From: Candidatus Bathyarchaeota archaeon | GTDB lineage: Archaea; Thermoproteota; Bathyarchaeia; Bathyarchaeales; Bathycorpusculaceae | NCBI GenBank assembly: GCA_963827165.1 | Contig: CAWGZR010000005.1 | Location: 128,001-192,000, forward strand | Direction: 5' to 3' | Length of the DNA: 64,000 nt | Notes under the pieces: model-generated | Seen by the model: the letters and a program-made list of their open reading frames with translations, nothing else | The model's database searches: none | Told to the model about the DNA's origin: nothing | Shown: positions 10,068 through 19,963 of the stretch, one piece after another | Numbering within the stretch: the first letter of the stretch is position 1 | Layout: every line of letters starts with the position of its first letter | Made by a program: the position numbers and the translations under genes

Positions 10068-11027
10068 TTGCATACAACAGCGATCGGCAGAAGCTTGTAC
10101 CAAATTGATTTGGAAACAGGCGGGTTCAAAAATCTTATCTGTAGCTACGTTTTGGTCGGCGCGAAAGTCAGCCTAGTCGAGTCGGGACCCACCTCTTCAG
10201 TGTCTATGCTTCTTGAAGGATTGAAAGAACTTGACGTAAAATTTGAGGACGTTGATTATGTGGCGATAACCCATGTTCATTTGGATCATGGCGGAGGCGC
10301 TGGAACACTGCTAAAGTTTCTGCCTAACGCAAAAGTAATCGTGCACCCAAGAGGAATGCCGCATCTGGTTGATCCTCAACGGCTATGGGAATCCGCACAG
10401 TCAGTTCTGGGGTACGTAAGCGAAATCTTCGGTAAACCAGAGCCCGTCCCGAAAGAACGTATAATACCAGTTTTTGAAGGCTCTTTTGATTTAGATGCCG
10501 GCGCAAAACTGCAGGTTTATGAAACCTTAGGTCACGCTTCCCACAACCTCAGCTTCTATGAAACATTGAACGACGGTGTGTTTCCAGGAGATGCAGCTGG
10601 CACTTACTTTCCCGAGTTTGACTCTGTTATCCCTACGACGCCCCCGCCTTTCCGCTTAGACATCGCGTTGGCTTCTCTGGATAAGTTAATCAGCCTAAAA
10701 CCATCATTTTTGTATTACAGTCATTTCGGCAAAGCCTCGGACGCGGTTGAGCGGCTGATAGATTACAAAGCTCAACTTCAGCTCTGGGGAAGAATTGCAA
10801 AGGAAGGAGTGCAGGAACAACAAGGCTTTGATCAAATATGTAAGAGAATTCTTTGGGAAGACAAAGTAATGCATCGACTAGCCGATTACCTGGGCAGACA
10901 TCCGATCTACTCGGTGACAGCTCTGAGGAATACTATCCAAGGATTTGTCGACTACGCAAAACAAACCACAACCAAAGAATGCCAGAATCAAGGTAAACTG
11001 TCACCCGGAAAACCTCAGCAAACATAA
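10068..11027 (+). CDS. Metallo-beta-lactamase fold hydrolase
   Basis: THVHLDHGGG, GHASH, GDAAG, SHFG; likely TTG start at 10068 after GGTGA. Confidence 0.88.
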   Translation: MHTTAIGRSLYQIDLETGGFKNLICSYVLVGAKVSLVESGPTSSVSMLLEGLKELDVKFEDVDYVAITHVHLDHGGGAGTLLKFLPNAKVIVHPRGMPHLVDPQRLWESAQSVLGYVSEIFGKPEPVPKERIIPVFEGSFDLDAGAKLQVYETLGHASHNLSFYETLNDGVFPGDAAGTYFPEFDSVIPTTPPPFRLDIALASLDKLISLKPSFLYYSHFGKASDAVERLIDYKAQLQLWGRIAKEGVQEQQGFDQICKRILWEDKVMHRLADYLGRHPIYSVTALRNTIQGFVDYAKQTTTKECQNQGKLSPGKPQQT

Positions 11028-11325
11028 ATTTCATAAACGAAAACTCCTGCCTTTACACCTGGGTCTTCATCCATCAACTTTTGGTCTCCTCGGCTGAGGA
11101 GTCAAAAATTCCAAAACCCGAAATGTCCACATCATTTGAAACCGGACAAGAATCGGCAACACTCCATCCCTTCGAAGAGCAAAATTTCTCCGCCCATGTT
11201 CCCAAACGATTCTTTTGGCGTCTTCACCGTTCCGATTCGGCCCGTCTTTGAGGATTACATATAGTAGCATTTAGTTTTGCAAGCATCTGTCTCGTGTAAT
11301 CATCGGTTATTTCAGCCATCGTCAT
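10988..11325 (-). pseudogene. Disrupted small conserved hypothetical (YCII-like) gene
   Basis: Pieces in different frames: MTMAEITDDY.., VILKDGPNR..IVWEHGRRNFALRRDGVLPI, CPVSNDVDISGFGIF, LMDEDPGVKAGVFVYEI, in-frame TGA, GFPGDSLP*. Confidence 0.65.
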
Positions 11326-11455
11326 TCACCAATTACATCAATTAACATATCATACGTAGCTTAAGATTCTCGTAAAAACTCGGGTTGAATCTCTTTATTG
11401 ACAGGCTCAAGTCACAACTGTTTTATTTGAGCAGCCCCCTTTTTGAGTCTGGTGA

Positions 11456-12940
11456 ATGATTTTGGGTGAAAACGACAGCAGAAGGGCACCGGAACAAGTT
11501 CCTCTGGAGAAAATAAATGATTATTCATGGCGCATTCCAAAATACAAGCCTGGAATGCGTGTTCCCGGCATAGTTTTTGCTAACGAAGCTCTATTAGAGA
11601 AAATGAAAACTGACAGAACCCTTTGGCAATGCTCAAACGTTACTCACCTGCCTGGAATCTACAAGCATGCAGTAACGTTGCCTGATGGACATGAAGGCTA
11701 CGGCTTCCCAATCGGGGGAGTCGCGGCGACAGACTACCAAGATGGTGTCATAAGCCCTGGTGGAGTCGGTTACGACATAAACTGCGGCGTGCGCCTCTTG
11801 GCAACAACACTGACCGAAAAGGATATTCGACCCAAACTGGCGCCTTTAGCAGAAAGTATTTTCCGCAATGTTCCATCTGGGCTTGGGAGCCGCCGAAAAG
11901 ACCTTTCAATATCCACAAACGAACTAGACCACCTCGCGGTTGAAGGAGTTGAGTGGCTTATTAAACGGGGCTTTGGGTGGCCTGAAGACGCTGACCACTG
12001 TGAAGAGAGCGGGCGAATGCCAAACGCAAATCCCGAAAAAGTGTCCCAAACAGCCAAAAGCCGAGGGTTAACGCAAATCGGCACCCTGGGTTCAGGCAAC
12101 CATTTCCTAGAAATTCAAAAAGTAGATAAAATCATCAATGCGAAAAAGGCGAAGGCTTTTGGGATCACCGAGGAAGGGCAGGTTACGGTTATGATTCACT
12201 GCGGGTCAAGAGGCTACGGACATCAGGTCTGCTCGGATTATCTGCGAGTAATGGAGCATGCAATCACAAAATACAAGATCACTTTGCCAGATCGCGAATT
12301 AGCCTGCGCCCCCGGAAACAGCAGCGAAGCCCAAGACTACGTTCAAGCCATGGCATGCGCGGTCAACTACGCCTTCTGCAACCGCCATGCAATCATGCAT
12401 TGGGTCCGCCAAAGCTTCCAGGAAGTCTTCCATGAAAACTCAGAAAAATTCGGCTTAAAGCTAGTCTACGACGTTTGCCACAACGTTGCCAAAGCAGAAA
12501 CACACGACATTGACGGCGTCCAAAAGAAAGTTTGGGTTCACCGCAAAGGAGCCACACGCGCCTTCCCAGCAGGGCACCCAGACGTCCCAGACGACTACCG
12601 CAGCGAAGGACAACCCGTTCTTATCCCCGGCAGCATGGGCACTAGCAGCTGGGTTTTGGTGGGCTCGCAGAAAGCAATGGATTTGACTTTCGGTTCAACC
12701 GCGCATGGCGCGGGGAGGATGATGAGCCGATCATCGGCGAAGCGGCAGTTTTGGGGCGGAGACATAAAATCGGGTTTGGAGAAGCGTGGAATCGTGGTTC
12801 GCGCGGCGAGCACCTCGGTTTTAGCCGAAGAAGCAGACCCAGCCTACAAAAACGTGGACATCGTAGCCGACGTCAGCGACAAAGTGGGAATAGCAACGAA
12901 GGTTGCGAGGCTTGTCCCGATCGCAGTGGTTAAAGGGTAA
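11456..12940 (+). CDS. rtcB: tRNA-splicing ligase RtcB
   Basis: LPDGHEGYGFPIGG, GYDINCG, GTLGSGNHF, HCGSRG, HN, HRKGAT, HGAGR, terminal VKG. Confidence 0.96.
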   Translation: MILGENDSRRAPEQVPLEKINDYSWRIPKYKPGMRVPGIVFANEALLEKMKTDRTLWQCSNVTHLPGIYKHAVTLPDGHEGYGFPIGGVAATDYQDGVISPGGVGYDINCGVRLLATTLTEKDIRPKLAPLAESIFRNVPSGLGSRRKDLSISTNELDHLAVEGVEWLIKRGFGWPEDADHCEESGRMPNANPEKVSQTAKSRGLTQIGTLGSGNHFLEIQKVDKIINAKKAKAFGITEEGQVTVMIHCGSRGYGHQVCSDYLRVMEHAITKYKITLPDRELACAPGNSSEAQDYVQAMACAVNYAFCNRHAIMHWVRQSFQEVFHENSEKFGLKLVYDVCHNVAKAETHDIDGVQKKVWVHRKGATRAFPAGHPDVPDDYRSEGQPVLIPGSMGTSSWVLVGSQKAMDLTFGSTAHGAGRMMSRSSAKRQFWGGDIKSGLEKRGIVVRAASTSVLAEEADPAYKNVDIVADVSDKVGIATKVARLVPIAVVKG

Positions 12941-13068
12941 CTTTAACCTGCCAAATTTTGCTTTTTCCATTTTTTAGATTTTTTCTTGGAAGAACTTTGG
13001 GGAATTATATAACTAGATGTTCTAATAATTCAGTATAAACTGATTTCGGCAGACAGGAAAACGGGCAT

Positions 13069-14646
13069 TTGACTGAAACCAAAGACATCAGGTTCCAATA
13101 TAGTGGATACGTTATCTATGCGGTTCAGATTTTCAGTGTAGTTACTGGTCTCATTTTCACTCTTCTGCTTACCAGAAACATGAGTACTAATTATCCTAAC
13201 CAATACGGCATTTGGACGAGCATTTTTGATTATGTTGCCTACTTCACGCTTTTCAGCGGTGTCTTCCCGTTCTGGGCGGAACGATTCGTGGCAAGGGGCA
13301 GAACAGGCGCCGTAAGAACAGGAATCATGGCTCAGTTAGTCATATCACTCATTTTCTTGGGAGCTTACTTCCCCCTAATCTACCTAATATACAAGGACGC
13401 CATCGCCGTGAAAATCGGAACCATGTCCTACCTGCCCATCTTCTTTCTTGCTGGACCCTACATCGTCACTTTCTACATGATAACCCTCTGCGAAGGGTTA
13501 CTGCAGCCCAAAAAACCCCAAGCGCTCGGCTACGGCTTACTTATCGAGGAAATAGTCAAAGTAAGTGTTGCCTTGGTTTTGATTTTGGGTTTCCACCAGC
13601 TGTTTCTCGGCGCAATGTTGGCATTGGTTCTATCCTGTTTCGTTCAAGTGGGTTACTACGTTTGGCTTTTACGCGACGCCTTTAAGGAGAAAACAAATTG
13701 GAGCTACCTCAGAGAATGGTTCAAAGGCTCCACAGTGATTGCCTTCAACGCCATCGGCAACCAGCTTTCATCCTTCGTGTACATTCTGCTTTTCTTCTAC
13801 GGCGGACCCAACACCAGAGCATACTATCAAGCTGCCGGAAGCTTCACTGCCATAATTGGCTACTCAATATCTTTGTCTATTGCGCTCTACCCAAGGCTGC
13901 TGTCGAAAAGCTGCTCCAAAGAGCAAGTTGGCACATCTTTCAGGACAGTTATGATGCTGGGCATCCCTATAGCAGCAATAGTGATGGTTATGTCCTACTC
14001 GTTCTTAACCGTTTTAAAAGTTAATTATGGGATTGCTTGGCCAGTTCTCGTAGCGCTCTCAATTTACACCCTATTCGGATTAGTCACCTCGTTTTACTCC
14101 AACTGTGTCATGGGTGTAGAGGTGTTCGACGCTGAAGGCAAAATCGCGCTGCGACGCCTAATCAAAAGCAAGATCTTTGTCGTATTCGCACTTCCCTATC
14201 TTAATGCAGCAATCGCAATCCCGCTCACATTTCTTGCTTTAACAATACTGCCAATAGCTGGTTCAGTGCAGGCTACATTGTATGTTGTGGCAATACTCAT
14301 CGCGGCTCAACTTTCAACCTTCACCGTATTATACATGTACATGCGTCATTCAATCGGCATACCTGTCGCATGGAAAAGCATTGGCAAATACGTTTTAGCC
14401 GCCGCCCTAGCCACAGTCATCCTGTATCTGCTTCCGACCACGACAACACTGTTTTCTACTATAGCTAAGGCAATAGCTGGATTTGCAATTTACGTAGTGT
14501 TTTTGTTAGCTATCGACAGTCAAGCAAGAGAACTCATAAGACAAGTGTTGAATGAAGTCAAAGGCACCGTTCGCAACCTGCGGCAGTTGACCAAAAGAGG
14601 TGCCGCGAAGAATTCTTCAGGCGAAAACACAGCGCAAACAAACTGA
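13069..14646 (+). CDS. Multi-pass membrane protein, Wzx/MATE-like flippase
   Basis: 525 aa with roughly 13-14 hydrophobic segments; N-terminal LLLTRNMS...YGIW pattern of polysaccharide exporters. Confidence 0.6.
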   Translation: MTETKDIRFQYSGYVIYAVQIFSVVTGLIFTLLLTRNMSTNYPNQYGIWTSIFDYVAYFTLFSGVFPFWAERFVARGRTGAVRTGIMAQLVISLIFLGAYFPLIYLIYKDAIAVKIGTMSYLPIFFLAGPYIVTFYMITLCEGLLQPKKPQALGYGLLIEEIVKVSVALVLILGFHQLFLGAMLALVLSCFVQVGYYVWLLRDAFKEKTNWSYLREWFKGSTVIAFNAIGNQLSSFVYILLFFYGGPNTRAYYQAAGSFTAIIGYSISLSIALYPRLLSKSCSKEQVGTSFRTVMMLGIPIAAIVMVMSYSFLTVLKVNYGIAWPVLVALSIYTLFGLVTSFYSNCVMGVEVFDAEGKIALRRLIKSKIFVVFALPYLNAAIAIPLTFLALTILPIAGSVQATLYVVAILIAAQLSTFTVLYMYMRHSIGIPVAWKSIGKYVLAAALATVILYLLPTTTTLFSTIAKAIAGFAIYVVFLLAIDSQARELIRQVLNEVKGTVRNLRQLTKRGAAKNSSGENTAQTN

Positions 14647-14718
14647 AAATTAATATGCCAAAGAAAACAAATGTTCTTCAGGCGATTTTGCCTCGCTCAA
14701 GTGATGGTTTGATTTGTC

Positions 14719-15339
14719 GTGAAGGATGAATGTGGAATCTGCGGCAGAGTTCTAAGGACAACTTACATGCGTAAGTGTCAACGTTGCCAGAAAATGTATT
14801 GCCGCGATTGTATGGTACCCGATGTTGCAACAGGCGATCCCAACGCAATGTTATGCCTTCATTGCGCGAGACGTATAGTTGCGCCGCGTTCAGCCTCCAA
14901 GTACGAGGGGCTTGAACGCCACCTGAAGTTTAGAGCAGCCTTCACGAGTTTGGTAAAGCTTTCGTTTGCAAGAATAGATGGTTTAATCGGCTCAAACCTT
15001 CCGATGAGCGCTTACAAGGATTCTATGTGGTGGAGTAACACCTCGTCTAGCGCCCACGCTAAGGCTTGGTTAAATGCTGGGTGGGAAGTGCAAGAAGTAA
15101 ACCTCAAAGAAGGTTACGCCGTCTTTAAGAAAGTACTCAATGTCCCATTCAAGAAAACAAGGCAGAAAAAACTAGAGATAAACAAGCCATTCACCCCTGT
15201 CCCCGTTCATATTCCGAGATCTAAGGTGCCATCAAAAACCAAAGTCTCAAAACTGTATGCAAGAATCAAGAATCTAGAAAGGCAGCGGGCCGAAGGGCGC
15301 AGGCAAATCAGGGGTTTTAAGGCGCGACCCCGGCATTAG
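14719..15339 (+). CDS. Hypothetical protein: N-terminal zinc finger + conserved Trp-rich domain (DUF7662-like) + basic tail
   Basis: Four CxxC pairs; SKY..L..HL...LSFARIDGLIG..LP.SA...WWSN...HAKAWLNAGW. Confidence 0.65.
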   Translation: MKDECGICGRVLRTTYMRKCQRCQKMYCRDCMVPDVATGDPNAMLCLHCARRIVAPRSASKYEGLERHLKFRAAFTSLVKLSFARIDGLIGSNLPMSAYKDSMWWSNTSSSAHAKAWLNAGWEVQEVNLKEGYAVFKKVLNVPFKKTRQKKLEINKPFTPVPVHIPRSKVPSKTKVSKLYARIKNLERQRAEGRRQIRGFKARPRH

Positions 15340-15385
15340 ACAAGCTTTTTAGGTTAAAAAGAAACAACTAATTCACATCCCTGGA

Positions 15386-15955
15386 ATGGTGCGTTGGTTG
15401 CTTGAGCGAACATTCAAATTAGAACTCAAAGAGGCATACGAAGGCGTAAAAGCTTTGCTTATGCGGAAAGGGTGCAAAATAGTTTCTGAAGATTCGCCTA
15501 AACACCTCGCCGTCAAACAAGGGTCACTTTGGGGAATGCTGCCTACCACAGCCAAAAAAACTGTGGACTTGTCTTTTGTCGCCAATGAATCAGGGACAAA
15601 AGTCTCTTGCTCTTCACGCCTCAGCCCGGACTGGAAAAACATAACCATAGTCGGCTGCGTCTTAGCCGCGGTTCTGGTTGGGTTATGTTTGTGGATGGCT
15701 TCAGACTTAACCACCTTCGTGAATACGGGCAAAACTTCTTTTTGGAGCTTCTTAGCCTCGGTCAACGGGAACGTGAATATACCAGTTGCACAAAATTTTG
15801 TTAACTTAACCAAGTCACTCGCGGCCTTCCTATCGCTCATAATAGTTTTAGAAGCCGCAATAGCCCTTTACGCCTACAAAGCAATCGATAAGTTTATTGA
15901 GGAAACATTTGACACGCTAAATAAAGAAACAGCGCCTAAATCTAAAAAAATGTAA
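15386..15955 (+). CDS. Hypothetical membrane protein
   Basis: 189-aa ORF with two hydrophobic helices, co-oriented with neighbours. Confidence 0.6.
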   Translation: MVRWLLERTFKLELKEAYEGVKALLMRKGCKIVSEDSPKHLAVKQGSLWGMLPTTAKKTVDLSFVANESGTKVSCSSRLSPDWKNITIVGCVLAAVLVGLCLWMASDLTTFVNTGKTSFWSFLASVNGNVNIPVAQNFVNLTKSLAAFLSLIIVLEAAIALYAYKAIDKFIEETFDTLNKETAPKSKKM

Positions 15956-15962
15956 AAGCCCC

Positions 15963-17111
15963 TTATGCTTCACCTATTTTTTTGCCGCAGTTCTCACAGT
16001 ACAACGCAAACGATTTGTTGGCTGAACCACAGTGAACACAGAATTTGGCTTTGCTCGTATCCGCTTGTACGGGCGCAGAGCTAACCTCAGCTGGCATAAA
16101 GATTTGAGAAGGATCCGTTTTTACTCCGAATCTTAGTGGTCTAACCACTACCGCTATCGAGATTCCGATTGCGACTATCATAAGAACGAAAAATAGGGGG
16201 TCTCGGGAAATCAAGTTTAAAGAAATAGGTGCAACCGGTTCGATCGTTGGTCCAGCCACTGAGGGCAAAGGCTCCATGGTTTCATTTGGACCAACAGACG
16301 GCGTGGCTTGTGGTGTGTCGGGATTATATGGAGCAAAAGAAGGATTCGGCGCTGCAAGTGAAAGGGCTTGAAGATTTACAACGTACTGTAGGCTTGTATC
16401 AATCGGGTAGACATATGCACCTACACCGTTGAACTGTGAGGGCAATTGGCCGACTGTGAATCCTTCCCCGGTTGTTTCGCAGTAATAGTAGTTTTGGTTA
16501 TTATACGTCCAGTAAGTACCTCCAAGATTGTTCCCCAGTACCCCGACTGCCAAGTGGTCTGGAGGATTAATGAAAACTACGTCAAAACCTAACATCAACG
16601 TCAAAGTTGCAAAGAGAATGGAGTGGCTCTTGCAATCGCCGATATTGTCGATTAAGGTCTCAACCGGGAACCTCGGGTAATCTTGATACCCGGTGCTGTT
16701 CAGATCCGTCGCGTAGGGTATGCTTTGAACGAAAGCTAAGGCAAAGTTCACTTCCTGAAGCGAACTGTATCCAGCTTGGGTTGCAGTTTCATTTATCTTT
16801 GTGGCCAAGCTTTCCATGTAGGGATCTTGAGTAGTGGTGAAGTACCCGAAACTTGCAAGTTGAATTTGCGACCTCACCGAATCTGGAATAGCAACGTAAG
16901 CTGAATACAGCTCTTGGGGGATAGTCAGGTTCCAACTCCAGGTTTCGCCGCCATAGTTCCAGCAAAACGAGCGGTTATAGTATTGAGGTTGACTCTGAGT
17001 TTGAGCATTAGCCACCACAAAAGGCTGAAGGACCGGGAAACAAGCGAGAAATAAGACAGTAAAGACCGTTAACAGGCTCCACGGTTTGCGTCGAAGCAGG
17101 GACTTACTCAT
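15963..17111 (-). CDS. Membrane-anchored transglutaminase-like protein with C-terminal zinc ribbon
   Basis: Signal peptide; FVQSIPY, YPRFPVETL, GDC, HLAVG, ETT; Pro/Thr linker, TM, FCVHCG...CENCG. Confidence 0.75.
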   Translation of the reverse strand: MSKSLLRRKPWSLLTVFTVLFLACFPVLQPFVVANAQTQSQPQYYNRSFCWNYGGETWSWNLTIPQELYSAYVAIPDSVRSQIQLASFGYFTTTQDPYMESLATKINETATQAGYSSLQEVNFALAFVQSIPYATDLNSTGYQDYPRFPVETLIDNIGDCKSHSILFATLTLMLGFDVVFINPPDHLAVGVLGNNLGGTYWTYNNQNYYYCETTGEGFTVGQLPSQFNGVGAYVYPIDTSLQYVVNLQALSLAAPNPSFAPYNPDTPQATPSVGPNETMEPLPSVAGPTIEPVAPISLNLISRDPLFFVLMIVAIGISIAVVVRPLRFGVKTDPSQIFMPAEVSSAPVQADTSKAKFCVHCGSANKSFALYCENCGKKIGEA

Positions 17112-17173
17112 TCATTCATCAACATCCCTTAAATGACCCTTGATGCATTTTTAAAACTATTCCCAAATGCTAT

Positions 17174-17626
17174 TCAGCGACGAACTGTTGAACGCATATA
17201 CCAAGTCGCAAAGCTATAGGCAGCTATCGCAAAAAGGCAAAACAGAACCAAAACCTTCAGACCAGTCAGGGTTTGCAACATTGAAAAAACCAATGCTGTC
17301 GCCGGAAGCGGAAGCAGTAGAAAATATATGAAACCTACTAATCCAACGCGGTTTCCAACGCTTTCTTTCTTAACGGATCCTCTTCCGAAGAACGCCCCCG
17401 CCAACCTTCCGAAGCCACTCGTGCAAGCTTTACATCTGTAACAGCTACTGCACCCGAGCCTACGCAGAATGACGTAGATTACAATGACAACCACAATCAA
17501 ATAGAGCAGACTATAGAGTGGAGCGTAGATGAGCACAGCGAAGAACGCTAAGAAAACCCATACGAGCAGTGCAAGATTTCCCAGAATGTTAAGCTGACGA
17601 GTGAATTCAAGTCTTTCTTCGCTCAA
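17174..17626 (-). CDS. Hypothetical 4-TM membrane protein with Cys cluster
   Basis: Hydrophobic segments around CSSCYRCKAC. Confidence 0.65.
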   Translation of the reverse strand: MSEERLEFTRQLNILGNLALLVWVFLAFFAVLIYAPLYSLLYLIVVVIVIYVILRRLGCSSCYRCKACTSGFGRLAGAFFGRGSVKKESVGNRVGLVGFIYFLLLPLPATALVFSMLQTLTGLKVLVLFCLFAIAAYSFATWYMRSTVRR

Positions 17627-17711
17627 GCCGTCGCCCTAATCATTTTACATTGAATCTCGCTTATTAGTTACTCTGTTTTTCCTGCTAACGCTTGCGACCC
17701 TCGGAACTATA

Positions 17712-17993
17712 TTATTTCTGCTTTATTATTCCGTAGCTTTGCTTTTTCCAAGCATCCCGGAACTTGTTGTAGTAATCTATCGGCTGGAAAACAGGCGCGT
17801 AAACCAGCGGCCACTCAAGTCCGCATTTGCAGCAAGCATAAACCTTTTTATTTTTTAAGTCTGCTAGAATTTGCAATAATTCTTTTCTGCATTTTGGGCA
17901 ATAGTATGGTCCATTGACCATTTGCTTTGCATCTTTGGTGAGGCATTTAATTCGGCTAGTTGGAACTTTACTTGTTCCCTTTCCCATACTCAT
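17712..17993 (-). CDS. Elf1-like zinc-ribbon transcription elongation factor
   Basis: Basic N-terminus (MGK..), YCPKC...CKCGL, C-terminal PIDYYNKFRD resembling the Elf1 (P)xDxY..F.D motif. Confidence 0.6.
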   Translation of the reverse strand: MSMGKGTSKVPTSRIKCLTKDAKQMVNGPYYCPKCRKELLQILADLKNKKVYACCKCGLEWPLVYAPVFQPIDYYNKFRDAWKKQSYGIIKQK

Positions 17994-18176
17994 GGTTGCG
18001 ACCAATCCAGCATACTAACCGTCAACGCACAAAGATATACCATTCCGTCAACATTAGAGATTTCAAAATGGAAAAGCAGCCTTTTTCATTATTTCTCCGA
18101 AAGAGTTGCGGGAAATCCCAAATCTTCGAATCGAGCGAAATCGCCATTTTTTGACCGAACAGAGATTGAAGCACAG

Positions 18177-18188
18177 AAAACTTAAATT
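18177..18188 (+). promoter_or_regulatory. Putative BRE/TATA promoter of tRNA-Gly
   Basis: AAAACTTAAATT about 30 nt upstream of the tRNA 5' end. Confidence 0.5.
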
Positions 18189-18214
18189 ACGCTTGAGCTA
18201 TGAGCTATTCCAGC

Positions 18215-18322
18215 GCGGCCGTCGTCTAGTCTGGTTTAGGACATTAAACCGCATATAACCATAAGCGGTATGTAAGCCTTCCAAGCTAATGATCCCGGGT
18301 TCAAATCCCGGCGACCGCACCA
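18215..18322 (+). tRNA. tRNA-Gly(TCC) with ~29-nt non-canonical intron in the 5' anticodon stem (about 18247-18275), encoded CCA
   Basis: Removing the insert yields TTAGC-CT-TCC-AA-GCTAA anticodon arm; T arm CCGGG-TTCAAAT-CCCGG; acceptor GCGGCCG/CGACCGC. Confidence 0.9.
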
Positions 18323-18735
18323 CAACCGCACCAAATTTTAGGTTCAAATCCAGCCGCAAATAGTTGCCTTGCTGACAAAGATTGCCTTTTTCGGTTGCCG
18401 TTCGATGAATGAATAACGACTACCTTACAAAGACCTTCGAGACGTTTTCTGAAGGTGGATTCTAAAGAAATATAACTTGCGCTGCATGGAAATTGAACCT
18501 CAAAGTTCAATTTTCGCGTTTTTTTGTTGTAAAATAAGGCTGGGTTGGGCTTGAAAATGGAATCGGGTTAAAAGCCGCGTTGATTGCTTTGGAAGTTGTG
18601 AACTTTTTGCATGGAAAACTTATCGCCAATTGAACTTTTCGCATGTTGAGGTTGCACGATTTTGACCTGATTTTGAACGGTTTGAGTTTGTACTGAAGCG
18701 GCGGTTGTTGTGGGAAAAAACGATGCGTCGATGAC

Positions 18736-19083
18736 TCAATCAAGAGGTTGGGGCTCTTTGTTGCCGCGCCATTTTATAGTCCATTGTGCCATGCTGTCGA
18801 GGATTGGAGTTAATTCTTGACCCTTTGATGTTAATGAGTATTTTATTAGGACGGGTGTTTCTGCGATGACTTGTTTGTTTATGATGCCGCAGGCTGCTAA
18901 TTCCTTTAGTTTTGAAGACAGCGTCTTTGAACTGATGGGTTTGAGGGCTTTCATGAACTCGTTGAATCTTAGGGGCTGTTTGCGTAGGTGGAGTTCCTTT
19001 ATTATTTGCAGGCTCCATCGGTTGCCCACTAGCTGTATTGCTTGCTCGTAGGGGCAGTTTGTGGCTAGGACGGTTTTGCCCAT
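18736..19083 (-). CDS. HxlR-family winged-helix transcriptional regulator
   Basis: MGKT..NCPYEQAIQLVGNRWSLQII, RFNEF, ISSKTLSSKLKEL, YSLTSKG; ATG at 19083. Confidence 0.9.
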   Translation of the reverse strand: MGKTVLATNCPYEQAIQLVGNRWSLQIIKELHLRKQPLRFNEFMKALKPISSKTLSSKLKELAACGIINKQVIAETPVLIKYSLTSKGQELTPILDSMAQWTIKWRGNKEPQPLD

Positions 19084-19183
19084 GATTTCACCAGGGTTAC
19101 TTGCTTTATCTAGCTTCAGCTTAGATTTATATGCTTTCGTAAGTAAAGCTAATAGCTTAAGTAAATTGGGAGAAAAACTGAAA

Positions 19184-19963
19184 ATGTTTACAATAAATCG
19201 CTTCGAAAACGGAAGAATAATAAGGCAAGCGACCGACAAGGAACATTCAAGATATCTTGCAGAATTATCGAAGAAACCAAAAGACGATCAATTGTCTGGA
19301 GAAGTCAAAGGCGACGCTTATGGCTTAACAGGCTTGATTTACATGCAAGAAATAAGTCACAAAAAAACCAAAACTAAATCGAATAGCATCAAAAGTGAAA
19401 TAACCTATTTTGACGTCGCGGGCAAAGAAAATTCGGATGAAACCCTTGAATTGGCCAAAGAGAGAGCAGTGGAAAGAGGGGTAAAAACAATTATTATCGC
19501 TTCAATAAGAGGAGAAACAGCGTCAAAAGCACTGAAAACCTTCAAGGATACCGATATCAAGTTGGTAATGGCCACATGCAATGCCTGTAATGGGTGTGAC
19601 CGCTTTTCTAAAGAAATATGGCAAGAAGTTGAGAAGGCAGGACACAAAGTAATTTACACCAATGAGGACGCTGTCCCGTTCCCTCCGGAAGCCGTGCTCG
19701 CTTACAGGAGAATATGCGAAGGCATGAAAGTCGCCGTGCAGATAACCATGTCTGCAGTGGACCAAGGCTACATCGCGCCAGGTGAGAAAATAATAGCCAT
19801 CGCAGGTACAGGCGGCAAAAGTTATAGCAAAGGGTGGGGAGTGGACACGGCAGTGATAATCGAAGCCCAAGGAAGCACTGAATTTTTTAGCTATCCGCAA
19901 ATGATGAAGGATCTAAAATTGTACGGCCAGAAAATCAGGGAAATAATTTGCATGCCTCGATAA
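19184..19963 (+). CDS. Pyruvate kinase C-terminal-like alpha/beta domain protein (COG1751/MTH1675 type) with N-terminal extension
   Basis: ITYF..AGKENSDETL, IIIASIRGETA, GMKVAVQITMSAVDQG, IAIAGTG, GVDTA, IREIICMPR. Confidence 0.8.
   Translation: MFTINRFENGRIIRQATDKEHSRYLAELSKKPKDDQLSGEVKGDAYGLTGLIYMQEISHKKTKTKSNSIKSEITYFDVAGKENSDETLELAKERAVERGVKTIIIASIRGETASKALKTFKDTDIKLVMATCNACNGCDRFSKEIWQEVEKAGHKVIYTNEDAVPFPPEAVLAYRRICEGMKVAVQITMSAVDQGYIAPGEKIIAIAGTGGKSYSKGWGVDTAVIIEAQGSTEFFSYPQMMKDLKLYGQKIREIICMPR

Noticed and set aside
15373-15840. Long antisense ORFs (also 1683-2195, 38616-39488, 43912-44391 and others)
   Set aside because: Shadows of better-supported genes on the opposite strand
18301-18743. 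Short minus-strand ORFs downstream of tRNA-Gly, considered as integrase fragments
   Set aside because: No tyrosine-recombinase R-H-R-Y motifs, and one ORF overlaps the tRNA
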